This document shows positions 48,020 through 62,286 of a stretch of 64,000 nt of DNA, one piece after another; within the stretch, counting starts at the first letter, position 1; each line of letters starts with the position of its first letter. Below the pieces are notes generated by a model. The model was not told the DNA's origin. It saw only the letters and a list, made by a program, of their open reading frames with translations, and made no database searches. A program made the position numbers and the translations under genes. Source of the stretch: the human T2T-CHM13v2.0 reference genome, Homo sapiens; NCBI RefSeq assembly GCF_009914755.1, contig NC_060932.1; one strand, written 5' to 3'.

Positions 48020-50461
48020 TATGTCTTATTTCCTCTTCTTCCTTCTTTTCAATTACACTTTATTTCTCATCACTTCCTTTGCCCCTCAATATATCTTTCA
48101 TATTTCTATCTCTCTACTTTCATACTATTTTCCCTCCCTTTTATTCTTCCACCATTCACCCTTCACTGCTACTCTAGAGAACAAACCATTACATGTAATT
48201 TACACGTAATTTATCAATATTTAAAATACTGGCTTTATTTATGAATAAGCATCTGGTTCTTATTTTTCTTTAATATTAAATGAGTTGTGAATCTTGTATT
48301 CTCTACAAAACAAAATGAAAAAAACCCAATACCAACTACAATTTTCTCTCCATTTGAAATTTCCCACTTTTACTTTTGATTCTTTGTGCTTAGATATTAA
48401 GAGTATTTCAATTTACACCATAATTTGTACTGTAAGTCACCATGTAATGAAACTCTTGGTAACATAAATTAACAGAGTGTTTATTTAATATATGTATTGA
48501 GATTTTACAATACTTTATGCATTAAGGTTAATTTTCCAAATATGTTAAATTTTAAACATGTTTTAATGAAAAAATTCTATTATATGCATTTTGTATGCTA
48601 TTAAATAATTATCAGTCTGGTTTTTGCTTTTGAAGTAATATATATTGCTATAATATATATTTTATATCTAGAAACTGATATATATCTACACACACATATA
48701 TGTGTGTATGATATACATATGTATTTCTAGATATCTATAAATCTAGAAAGTCATATATATGTATAGATTTAAAACATCATGTGGTATTTCACATTAAGTA
48801 AAAACTAATCTCTAATATTTTACAATAGTAATTTTGGTATATATAGAGTTCACATACTCATGACTAATATAATTTTTTATTACAAACAAGTCATTAAAAT
48901 TATATATCTTATACATTTTGACATTTATCGTAATCCTATTTTATGCAAAACACAGTTTGTGAAGTACTGTTGAATTATTACTTTTTACTTCCAGTATTTC
49001 ATGCTAACTCATGAATTAAATCAAATCGTTAGTTAATTCAGGTATATAAAATTTGATAAGAGTGAGTCCGACTTTGGGCAGTAAATTCCCACATGTGACG
49101 TACCCTTTGGTACTGGTTCCTGACTGCCTACCTGCCTGGGGGAGCTGTTTACTCCGCCAACTTTGTCACTTTCTTCCTTATTCTGCTCCCTTCCGCATGT
49201 CTTCCATCATGTCCCTTTTCTGTTACCAACAACCGTGTTACCTTAGATAGGTCCATAACCTGCTCCAGCTTCATTCATCCCCCACCTAACTGTCTATAGT
49301 AACTGTAGGAGTTAACACAGATGGGAAGCGAAGGACATGCCAGTTACTGAGTGAGGTGCTGCATAAATCTATGAGGCAGGCACTTTTAGTATCATTTTAT
49401 AAATAATAACACTAATCCTTAGGATGAATCATATGGACTAAAGTCATATTGATTCAGCCCCAGAAACAAGATTTCTAAATTAGTTTCTTAACTGAATCCT
49501 TCACTGTAATCAACTAAGTACATTGCTTCTTACCAAAAAAAGTTTGTCATAATAATAATGAGTAGAAAAATGGTTGTGAAAGGTTTTTGAATGCTATAAA
49601 AGATTCTATCAATGTAGAGTAGAAGAAAATGCTGATTTATAGTTTTCAAGCCTTTTTATATCAGCTTATTTAACTTACTGTCAGGAAAATATGCTGATTG
49701 TTCTAATAATTGGTTAATTGAGAGCATTCTGTATAAACCACACATGGGCTATCAATTTCAAAGAGTTACCAAAAAAAGTTTACTCCATCTCAGGGCTACT
49801 TTAATATGGTTTTCTCTGTCTTCGGTGGGCAGAGAAGACCTTACAAGAATATCACGAGCTTGGAATCTGCCTAACTATATTATTGTACAATAAGCACACA
49901 TTAATTAAGCAGTACCAATAATCAACATGAAAAAATAAAAACAAGCTTTTACTATTAAAGCATTACTATTGATTTTTATAAACACCAAAATAATATCCCT
50001 CCTAGGCCCATTACACAGGTAATAATAACCATTCATTTAATTAATACTGACACAGTAAAAAATTTAGAGTACTTATAACACCCACATTAATATCAAGAAG
50101 GTTCATTAGAGCTAATACTACAATAAATATAAAATGAATTAGTAATGATTACACCATTGTTTTAAAGCATTCTTATTTGTACTTTTGTATTTACTTTAAT
50201 CACCATCACTCTAAATGGCAGTGAACAAAAGCCAGGCTGGGCATATTTATGTAGAAATAATGAGGCATATAAATGCAACTCAGTGAAAGCCATGCACATC
50301 TTATCTGCATTTGTTCATCAACACACCCATTTGTGTGGAAGGTTACTAAAAAAGACATATTCTTTATAACATTTGTGAGGAAAATTAAAATCATCTTGCA
50401 ATTGGTCCTCCTCTTTGGTTTGAAATTGTTCCTTCTGAATACCTCCATTCTGATTCAAGAT

Positions 50462-50515
50462 GCTAGCAGAGTGCCTGGCACACAGTAGGAAGATCATAAA
50501 TATTTGTTAAATAAT
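50462..50515 (+). mobile_element. L2 3' tail
   Basis: ctagcagagtgcctggcacacagtagg...ataaatatttgtt. Confidence 0.65.
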
Positions 50516-50758
50516 GTCCATGCCTCCATGTTACATTCTCGTTTGGAAGGACTACTGGCTACACTTGAGTATGTTTAATTTTAACTTTGATTTCAAAGAA
50601 TCTGTTGATGATTGTCTACATTTACAATCAATGTTGGACAGATTTTATTTACTAGGGGGCAAAAGGGAAAAGGAGAGAAATCTCTCTATTTCTGCCAGCT
50701 AACCAAAGTGGGGCAAAGAATGTAATAGATAACTCCTTCTTTCAGAATGGGTCAGTAG

Positions 50759-51128
<370 letters not shown>

Positions 51129-52921
51129 CTCTCTTCCCATTCTTTATGGCTGAATCATTATCTTTTAGGATGTCAGGAAGCTGATTGTTTCAATTACTCT
51201 GATAAAAGAAGGCAAAGAGGAAAAGAAACAACAAAACTCTCCTCTCTTCCTTTTATACCCTTGCTAATGACAAACATTTCCACATGGGCTCTTACAGAAT
51301 CTTAAGTCCTGATTACATCTGAACTAGAGCTGAATGGATAACATAGTTAAGTTGCTATTATTTTAAAAAGTTACTTGTATTTGCTCTTAAGTACTGGGTA
51401 GTCAGAAACCTGCCATTTTATGAATATTGACAATGTGATAAAGGGACAATTCCTCCAAAATAAGTCACAGAGTCCTGAGCATCTTGGAGGGGAAAATGTG
51501 GGTGTTTTTGGTGGGTAGAAAATGGATACTTACTTGTCTTTGGAGATCGGGTTCTCTTTGGAGTTCGCATGCTGCTGGATGAATGCTGTCAAAGTCCTGG
51601 CCCATGCTTGCTTGCCCTCTAAATCCTCTGCCCTAGCTTCTTGTTGCTTTGATTTTATGTTCTCTCTACTCACATGACTATTTGTCCAGCAGAGAAGCTA
51701 AGGATTTGCTAACTGTGAAGAAAAAGATTATGTGTTTCACAACACTGCAAGCCTCGAAACCACAGAAGCAGTGAGCAAGCTAACATTTATTCTAAAGATA
51801 AACATGAAATCCAGGTAAAGAAACAAAGCACAATTTATTATCCTATTGATCACTAAGAGACTAATGTCTTTTCCTTTCCTAAAGACATTTATCCAATAAG
51901 CTTTGTATACACCACAGCAACAATCTGTAACCCATTACAGAAGTGTCACTAACATAGCGTTAATTACCACAGTATGTGACTTGGAAATGGTATCTTGAGT
52001 AAAGTGGGATATTTGGTCCACAGCCCAACATCAGGGTCTTTTTTGTCTCCAGCTTGAGGCCATTCTCCACCTCTGGGTCAGGAAATAGGATATTCTAAGG
52101 AGTTAAGAAGTAGGTTCCTGATGTTTCTTCCTTTCCTTTCTCAGTTTATACCTCCAGGTCAACACTCTCATCTGATCTCAGAAGAATTCATCATTTTTTG
52201 AGGACCTACTTTGTGCTAGGAACTTTATGTAAATGTGTTCTTTTAGTCTTTATCACTCTGTAATATGTTAGTGTACTCATTTATCGGTGTAATTCTATGT
52301 ATATAACTCAATAAACTGATAATACAAAAAGAACTTTTAAATTGGTATGCCCACCTCACCAAAGCTCTTTTTATTTAGTCATGAAATTTCATAACTAAAG
52401 GAAGTTCACAAATTGAAGACTAAAGATTAAATAACACAGGTAATAAATGACACACAGCATTACCATTAATTGCACAGAGCCACCTTTGCAGCCACTCCTG
52501 TGGGAGGTTATTTGTAATTACATTGTATGCTAGACCTGTATGTGAAGTGAACAGACTTTTTCTCACCATCCTGGTCAAAAATATTTTATTTAATACCAGA
52601 TCTAAATACAGACTATTTTGCTAGATACTAGAGAAGTTTTAAGGCTTTTGTCTAATATGTGAGAACACAAGTCTTTCTCATTTTAGATCAAGCTATTACC
52701 TCTCTTCAATTTGCATGTTAGCTTTTAAGAGCACTCTTGGAAATCATAAACGTACCCAGGCACTCTGCCACCATCTACTTTGGTCTGTAGCATGATGGAA
52801 AGGAGGGTGAGAATAGGGAAAGTGGATAGATGAGAATCAAAATAGATGATGCTCTATTCTAAATAAATTAGGGAGAAAGAGAATGTAAGAAGAAATTTTA
52901 AAAAGTGAAAGGTTAATACTG

Positions 52922-53166
52922 ATAATAATAATAATATCTAATCTGTCAGAGTTTACTATGCAGACACAGTGCTAAATGAGTTATACACATTATTCATTTA
53001 AATCCTCAGGATAATCCCTTCATTTAGGTGCTATGATGATCCCCAAATTGCTAATGAGACAGCTGAGGTTTAAAAAAGTTAGTATCTAATCCAAACTAGC
53101 TAGTAGATGACATCTGGATTCCAACCCAGAATGCTTGCACCAGTGCTTGCACCTCTAATCATTATG
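52922..53166 (-). mobile_element. MIR (b-like)
   Basis: ataataataat...tttactatg.cagacacagtgctaa...aatcctca...atgagacagctgagg...ggattccaacccag. Confidence 0.8.
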
Positions 53167-53424
53167 TGTCAGGAAGCAGAAGGAGATAAACAGAACCAGC
53201 AATTACTTCATGGAAAGAGCAAATATAAGCCTGTGTTCCTAATGCCACTGGCATACTACAGAATTAGGAGCCAGTATTCAGGAGGGGGCTGATCCAGGCA
53301 ACTGTCCCATTTGTTGTTTTTGCAGTCATGTTGATTGTCTCTCCCTCTCTCTCTCAGGTTAAATATTCATATTAGTGGAGAAAGAATGGGCTAGACAATA
53401 AACAGTTTTGGAGCAAAAGAAAAA

Positions 53425-54170
<746 letters not shown>

Positions 54171-54189
54171 AGTGTAGACTAGAGAGAAA

Positions 54190-57100
54190 TCCTAGAGTTT
54201 AGAAATCCAAGGTAGGCGGTTTGATAGGAAATGAAGCCAGAATTCCAAAAAACATAAGCTAATTGCACAGAAGAAACAGTAGAAATTTGCCTGTGTAGGC
54301 CTTGACACTGGGTGATGAAAAATATAAATATAGTCCCTGAGTATTTGTAAACACAAGTTGGATGTATCTTTACAATCAAAATTCACAATACCTGAGTAGT
54401 CCTTTTCTAGGGCAACACAACTTCAATCCAGAATGAAAGTGTTTCCACAGATGATAAGTTCTAAGGAACATGAGCTTATAGTTAAGAGTGATGAAACCAC
54501 CCAAGGAAATGAAGTCCCATGAGAGAGTGTCTTCAGACAGCTACTCTTTCCTGTCCTTAATATTTAAAAATATGAAAGAGAAATCACAAATAGGAACATA
54601 TGAGAACACTATTTTTCAAAAGACCATACAAATTTGAAAAAGTATCCAAATAGAATGTTATAAATTGAACACACGAAAGCAAGGATTTAAAATTCAATGA
54701 ACAGTTTGAAAAGAAGAGTGGACAGAAGAGATTATTTGTAAAGTGGAATATTAACCCAGCCATTACCCGGGCTATAACCTAGCAAAAGAAAGAAATGGGA
54801 AATATTAAAGCAAGATTAAAAGACATAGAGAATAAAAGGAGAAGTTTTAACATATCTAGTTGGTGTTTTAGGAGAGGATATTTGTGGAAATTGCTAAAAG
54901 GAAATATTCAAAATACAAATTTTTATGAACTGTTGAGAGAGAACAATTTTACAATTCAGAAGCCCAGCATATTCTGACAGGAAAAATAAAGCAAACAAGC
55001 CCTAGACCCATTATAGTGACAAAGCAAAGACAAAGTTGGAGAAAAATAATTTTCTATAAAGGATGGCAATTAGACTGACAGCTGACATCCTGACCTCAAT
55101 AATAGAAGACAGAACACAGTGGGATAATATTTTCAATGTACTGAGAGATAGTAGTATATTTGAGTTTTTATACACTGAAAATCTTTTAGAACATAGGTTA
55201 AATAAAAATATTTTCTGAAAAATAACTGAGTTTACCACTAACAGACTCTCATTAAAGCAAATTTTAAATAATGTATTTTGGGCTCAGGGAATTTATCCCA
55301 AATATAAAATATAATATACAAAAAGGTATGGGAAGAAAGGATGTGTATAAATTAAAATTTGAGTAAATCTAAATAAATACTGATTGCACACAGCATTTAT
55401 AATCATGTAATGGATGCTCAAAATTAAGGAATTGTAAAATTATTGCACTGTTTAGGTAAAGATAAAAGCTTCAATTTATTTAAATATATTTATGTTAAAA
55501 TATGTAGACTTGTAATCAAAGAAGTAGTATAGAAAAATTCACTTTTAAACTAGAAAAAATAAACTTTATATATATTATATTTAGATTTAGATTATGTATT
55601 TATATTATGGTCAGATACATACCTGAAAAATAATGCTGATCAATTGATATCAATGATCTTCATATATAAAATTATAAAAATTATATTGAAAGACATTTAA
55701 AAATTTTAAATCAATACTATATTTATGGATAGAATTTTAAATTTGATTTATAGATTTAAAGCAATTGCAGTAAAAACTATAAGAATTTTGGCTAAAATTT
55801 GTTAAAAACAATTATAAAATAGTGCAGGTAAGAAAGTCAGGAATGGACAAGTCACTATTGTAGAAAAATCAGACAAAGAATCTATCCTATCAGTTGTTAA
55901 GACTTTTTATGAGGCTATAGTAATTAAGACAGTGTGGCATTTATTCAGATTGATAAATATAGCAAATAAATGAAATACTGAGCTCAGTAACAGACCCACT
56001 TAAATATGAAAATCTTAAGTGTGGAATTTGAATTGCAAATCAATGAAGAAAGGAGTACTCAAAAAAGTGGTAAATAAAAATATAAATTAAATCTGTAACT
56101 AATATATAACTAAAACTCAGCATTAGATATATTAAGGATATGAATATTTCAGAAAGAAACAAGTGTTTTCTGATATTGGGGTAGGAGAGCAGATCATTGT
56201 AAATTAGAAAAGAGAATATCAAAACTTTAGACTGCATGAAAAAATAACTTCTGCTAACCATAAAAAGAATGAAAGGGTATGCCACAAATGACTGGAAGAT
56301 ATTTCTGGCAATTTTAACCTATAAAGGATTAATAGCTAGAGAATACAAAGAACTACTATAAATTAATAGTATATATTTTTAAAAGGCAAACAAGCTCAAC
56401 CAAATAAACAAGAAAAATTATGAACAAGCATTTTATAAGAGAAGAAAAAAAATGGTCCGTTTATATTTTAAAAGATTCCAACCTTGTTAGGTATCACGAC
56501 AATGTAAATTATAACCACAAAGAGATTCAATTTCCCACAAATCAGATTGGCAGGATTAAGGCAGGCAGTACCACATGTTGCCAACAATGCAGATTAATGG
56601 TACATCTGAAACACAGCTGGAGGAAATGCATATTGGTAAAAGCCACATTAAAGCATTTGACATTTTCAGTAAATATTATCATGCACATCTCCTAAAGCCC
56701 AGCAATTCACTCCGGCAGAATTAACTTCCAGAGAAATTCTTACAAATGCACATTGAAACATGTTCAAGAATGTTCATAACAGCATTATGTATTCATTGCT
56801 AAAAGTTGAGAACCAGCTCAGTTGTCCACTAAGCATGTATAAATAAATTGAAATATTCTTACAATACAGCATTATATAGTGATGAGCATATAGTATATAG
56901 TATGATCCATAAATAAATAAATAAAATGAATGTATCTCAAAAAATAGTGTTACAGAAGAATGACTATATATATAAGATCTTGTTTTTATAAGACTAAATA
57001 ATAGACAAATTTAAGTAGTATTTTATTTTTGATACATAAATACATGAAGATTTCATAAAGCAAAGCAAGGGAGAAAGAGGTCAAAGAATGAACAACGAGG

Positions 57101-57240
57101 TAGCAAGGCAGAAAAAAAATTAGGGAGTCGGACTTCAAAATCTCTGGGAGCATTCCATTTTATAAGCTATGTGGCAAGGACCTAGATGTTAGCTTTGTTT
57201 TTCTTTAAATTGTGTATATGAATTGTACACACTTTTTTCT
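54190..57240 (+). mobile_element. Old L1ME: long, internally deleted remnant (5' region, ORF1, ORF2 pieces, 3'UTR)
   Basis: A-rich; ttagactgacagctgac; ctatagtaattaagacagtgtgg; aagcccagcaattc; tgttcaagaatgttcataacagcatta. Confidence 0.75.
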
Positions 57241-57352
57241 ACTTTAGGATTTAAGAAAATGATTTTGTGCCAGTACAGCAACAGAAGAGAAATGAAAATA
57301 AGAATTATGAGTGAATCAACTCTATGTACATGTAAGAAACATCGTGAAATTA

Positions 57353-57398
57353 CCAATGATTAACCTAATCATTGGCAAATGATTAGGTTAGTCATTGG
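57353..57398. repeat. Nested palindrome (21-bp arms, 4-nt spacer) containing two inverted TAACCTAATCA motifs
   Basis: ccaatgattaacctaatcatt-ggca-aatgattaggttagtcattgg; one mismatch. Confidence 0.95.
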
Positions 57399-57971
57399 CA
57401 AAGAAGAATTTCAACAGACTTCTTTATCCACAGATAATTATCCACAGATAATTAATTTATGAGAGATTTTAACTTCCTTTTTTATTGTTTTTAGATGACT
57501 TTATTGTACTTTAAAAATAATGCATGCTTATTATTTAAAATTCAAACAATACTATGATCTACAAATTGTTAACTAAAAAAGTAGTTATGCAAAATGTTAT
57601 CATCCCAAAATAACAACTGTTAACATGGGATGATCATATGTACCCAGGGAATAATGAGAAATTAGAAGGACATAAAATTACTTATACTGCTTTTAAGTTA
57701 AAAAGCATTTAAAGTTAATTTTAAGTAAGTTTGATCAAAAAATGAAGCTAAAGTGAAAAAGGAATGCTGAAATGCCTCTTCAATATTATCATCTCATTCT
57801 ATAGTTTTATCACTTGATCTTTAAACTCCCCCTGTATTTTCATAGGATGAAGCATATTATGTTTCTTTTACTTTTCTTCATAACAAATATTCTAACATTT
57901 CAGAGGGTTATGCCATTAATTATGTTCTTTTCATGTTCAACATGAGAAAACATAATGACTTTAAAAGTAAT

Positions 57972-58346
57972 TGATATAGTTTGGCTTTGTGTCCCCACCA
58001 AAATCTCATGCTGAATTGTAATTCTCAATGTTGAAAGAGGGCCTTGGTGGGATGTGATTGGATTATGGGAGTGGACATCCACCTTGCTGTTCTCGTGCTA
58101 GTGAGTTCTCACGAGATCTGGTTGTTTAAAAGTGTGAAGCACTTTCCCCTTCTGTCTCTCAGGCAGGCCATGTGAAGACGTAGTTGCTTCCCCTCTGCCT
58201 TCTGCCATGATTGTAAGTTTCCTGAGGCCTCCACAGCCATGCTACCTGTACAGCCTGTGGAACTGTGAATCAATTAAACCTCTTTTCTTCATACATTACT
58301 CAGTCACAGGTAGTTCTTTATAGCAGTGTGAGAACAGACTAATACA
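57972..58346 (+). mobile_element. MSTA solo LTR
   Basis: tgatatagtttggc...tctcacgagatctggttgtttaaaagtgtg...gactaataca; perfect TSD gtaat at 57967-57971 and 58347-58351. Confidence 0.93.
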
Positions 58347-58596
58347 GTAATGGAATCTCTGTAGGTCTTTGATAGGGTGTTTTAAAAGTCCATAAAATAC
58401 AAATTAAGTTTTCTCAATAAAATTTTTTCTGTTTCCAGACATTTTTGACAGCCTCTATTCGCCATGACAAAGTGTGATAGAATCGCCATGATTTCTACCT
58501 ATCGACCTTACCTAGCTAATGATCTTCTCCCCTGAAGATACAACTTGCTGACTGGGCATTGATGTCACAGAAGATGAGATTATGTTTGCCTGCCTC

Positions 58597-58648
58597 TGTG
58601 TGTGTGTTTGTGTGTGTGTGTGTGTTTGTGTATGTGTGTGTGTGTGTG
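58597..58648. repeat. (TG)n microsatellite, interrupted
   Basis: Direct. Confidence 0.95.
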
Positions 58649-58695
58649 CATGTGCTATAAGGTAGAAAAGGAGGATGATAGAAAACTTATAGGGA

Positions 58696-58741
58696 CTCTC
58701 TCTCTCTCTCTCTCCATCCCTCCCTCCCTTTCTCTCTCTCT
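58696..58741. repeat. (TC)n/pyrimidine tract
   Basis: Direct. Confidence 0.9.
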
Positions 58742-59877
58742 TTCTTGTCTGATGGCCTATATCAAAGTCAACTCCACATTTTTGGGTATAAGCTACTAAG
58801 GAGGCATAAGTTAGATATTGTCATCACTAACCTATTTAAAGCAAATTTTGTGTCAATTGAGGGCTTTTTTAAATTTTATTTTTTAATTTTTTGCTGAAAA
58901 CAACATTGGTTAACTATTTTATACTTAATTATGTTTAAACTTATCCATTATCCTTCAGGCAGAAAGGAAAGCTTTTTTAAAAGGAAAAAGATCCTTGAAA
59001 CCTTAAGAAATGGAACCAGAATTTTAGACATGCATGTGAAATCACTAATGTAAAGAATCCTTCCCTGGAGAGGGAGACTAATTCTTTGTTACAGCCCTCA
59101 ATAGGTTTTATTTTGGAAATGCCTAGGATGGTCCATAAGTCCCATGCCAAATCTCCTATTCCTTCAGCATATTGAGATGATGCTTAAAATTCTGAAGTGC
59201 TCATAACTGAAGTTAGAATTCTTACCATGTACATAACTAATAATTTTCTGAAAGTAAGTTTTGTTCAGGGTGGGGATACATCTCGAGCATTTGGCATTTG
59301 AATTGGAGGAATCCTCTGAGGGTACAAGACGATCTGAGGACTCATGTGACAATTGACAGTTGTTTTACAAATTGGCTTAAGCTTGGTCTTGCTTCCCTGA
59401 AAAATGCTTTTTCCAACATCAACTATGCCTGTGTAGGACATATCCAATCAATGAATTTCAGCTGTCATCATGATCGACATGGATCACTGAACAATTGACT
59501 AGACTGTGATGATCAGTAATGATTGTGAATGTGTCTGAAATTAAAATATTGGATATACTATGGCCTATTCATTTCATGAATGTGGAATAGTCATTGAACC
59601 ATGAGTTTGAATTTCCATGCTGGTCACCTCATCCTATGCAGACCAGAACATTCACTTTCCTCTATTTTTCTTCTAAAAGAAGAAGAAATGTAAATGGCTA
59701 TGTAGCGTATGTAGGTAAGCATTGAAGATACCTTTAATTTGATATTTTTAAAAGACAAAACAAAACATGCTCTAAAACAACTCACAAACATGGTGACTAT
59801 TCTTGTCTAAGTGTACTTTATATATACCTTAAGTCTCCTATATAAACTCTGTGAGAGTAAGCACAGTATTAATTGGC

Positions 59878-60775
59878 TTACTCAACAGCTGTTAAGAAGG
59901 TACTACAATGTGTCAGGCAATTTCCAGGTGCAAAGATAAAATAGTGCTATGCCTTCTGCTGCTCCCATAGTCTAGTCAGAGAGAGACAAACTTGATGAAA
60001 TAATAACATCAATAAATGTAAACTTTAGAAGAGTGTAAGTGAGTGTCAGTGAGGCATCAGGTGCAGGGAGTGCAGAATGGGAGAACTGGTTAAATTAGGC
60101 AGCAAGGGTGAAGTTTGCTGGAGAAACGATCATGAGTTGAGGCATGATATTAGAGTAAGATTTACTTAAGAAAAGTAATTAACTATGCCAAGAGAAGGAT
60201 GGGGCTGAGGTGGATGCAAGAACAATCCAGACAGAGGAAAAAGTGCTTCTGTAGTTAAAATGGCAGAGCACATTTGAGAATTAAGAGAAGGCCAGTGTGG
60301 CAAAGGGTAGAAAGCAAGATCGAGTGACGTGAGGCAGGAGGCTGGAAAGAGAGTCAGGGACACTCAAATGCAGAGGCTTGGAGTAACATGACATTTGCCC
60401 CAGTGTGTCTGACACCCCACTTGGTGTCTGCTGTCTCAGTATAATTAACAATAGCACACCCTTTCATTCTCAAATGCAGTTTGAGTTTTCAGTTTACTAA
60501 GAAAATTATATGATCACTCTACTTAAAGGTCATATTAAAGATTTTGGTCTTTACCCTAACAATGGGAAATCTTTAAAATGCTTAAGCAAGAGAGTGATAT
60601 GATCACACATAACATTTGAAAAGATCATCCAGGCTATACAGTGTACAAAAGGTTAATTGGGGCAATGGCAGATGCAGGGACACCAGTTAGGAGGCTGATG
60701 CCGGAGTCAGAGAAAGGATGACAGTAATATGAACCAGATGATACTAGAGGAGATAGAGTGAAAGAATTTGAGGCA
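59878..60775 (-). mobile_element. L2a, split by MER94
   Basis: tccagacagaggaaa...aagaaggccagtgtggc...ttttggtctttaccctaa..aatgggaa...tttgaaaagatcatccaggct...accagttaggaggct. Confidence 0.85.
60379..60521 (-). mobile_element. MER94-like hAT-Blackjack MITE
   Basis: ctgctgtctcagtataatta..aatagcacaccctttcattctcaaa...aaattatatgatcactcta. Confidence 0.7.
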
Positions 60776-61085
60776 AGTGTTCTGTACCAGTCTAATCATG
60801 TCTGCCTCAGCCTGGACAAGTAATCATACAGGCTTTAAAGCATGTATGATTTAAACTGCTTGCTACTCAAAACCAGAGAAACTGATGAGGAACCTTTTGC
60901 TAGAGATGAGAGAAAACTCAGAATGGTAGTTAGATCACACAACAGAAAGTCTGGTGGGGCGATTGGAGGCTAGGAATTGATGAAGGCTAGTGTCTTCATG
61001 TTCAATCATAATTATTCTGAAGCTGGAGGCCACCAAGGAGCTGGTCCCATAGTGGATTGTCAGGCATCTCCAGAAGAGTCTACAG

Positions 61086-61426
61086 CAGGGGTTCCCAACC
61101 CTGGAGCCATGGACAGGTACCGGTCCATGGCCTGTTAGGAAGCGGGCGGCACAGCAGGAGGTGAGCATGGGCAAGTGAGCATTACTGCCTGAGCTCCGCC
61201 TCCTGTCAGATCAGCGGAGGCATTAGATTCTTATAGGAGCACAAACCCTATTGTAAACTGTGCATGCAGGGGATCTAGGTTGTGTGTTTCTTACGAGAAT
61301 CTAACTAATGCCTGATGATCTCAGGTGGAAGCGTTTTATCCTGAAACCCTACTCCCCCACCCCATCCATGGAAAAATTGTCTTCCATGAAACTGGTGCCT
61401 GGTGCCAAAAAGGTTGAGAATTGCTG
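61086..61426 (+). mobile_element. MER1B hAT-Charlie element
   Basis: caggggttcccaacc...gagctccgcctcctgtcagatcagc...ggtgccaaaaaggttg; perfect 8-bp TSD gtctacag at 61078-61085 and 61427-61434. Confidence 0.95.
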
Positions 61427-61774
61427 GTCTACAGTGCTGTGGGGAGTTTGTAGGATTCATGTGTGAAACTTATAACTGCACATGGCCACAGAGGAGACAA
61501 ATGTTTTCCGTTGATATTCACACTGAACTGACTTCTTCAATCTGCCCTCTGGCAAGGTATAGTGGAGCACAGCTTAAAGAATCAGAAACACAAGTCAGGC
61601 TTTGAACAATTTACAGCAAAATACTGCTGAACAGATTTAGGTTTCACCTCAAACTGAAGGGGTCATTGAAATACATGTTATTACTGAACCTTGTTTAAGA
61701 GGAGAAAGAGAAAGGGAACAACATGGCTGCCCTCAGGGATCAAGCCTAAAGAAGAAGGTTTCAGTAAGATATGC

Positions 61775-62286
61775 CATAATAACAAAGATGTGGAATCAAC
61801 CTAAGTGTCCATCCATGGTGAGCGGATAAAGAAAATGTGTTATATACACACAATGAAATACCATTCAACTGTAAAAAAGAACAAAATTGTGTAATTGGCA
61901 TCAACATGGATGGAACTGGAGATCATTATCTTAAATGAAATAAACCAGACACAAAAAGACAAATATTGCATGTCCTCTCTTATACGTAGGAGCTAAAAAG
62001 TTTGATCGTGTGGAGAGAGTGAGATGATAGATAACGAGACTGGAAAGGTGAGTGGGGGGAAGGGGTGAGGATGAAGAGAACTGGGTTAAAGGATGCAAAT
62101 ATACAGTAAGATGGCATAAATTCAATGCTTAATAGCAGAGTACGGTGGCAATGCTTAACCAAAATATATTGTAGTCAGTTGGTGGGCACCCTAAATACCC
62201 TGACTTGATCACTACATATTATAGACATGTAAGAAAATGGTTCACATACCCCATAAACTTGTACAAATAAAAAATAAATAAATAAA
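61775..62286 (+). mobile_element. L1 (L1MA4A/L1PB4-like) 3' end
   Basis: tggaatcaacctaagtgtccatc...caacatggatggaactggag...caccctaaataccctgacttgatcact; (AAAT)n tail. Confidence 0.9.

Noticed and set aside
57424-57446. Two perfect bacterial DnaA boxes (TTATCCACA)
   Set aside because: The context is primate DNA; the second copy comes from a 14-bp tandem duplication
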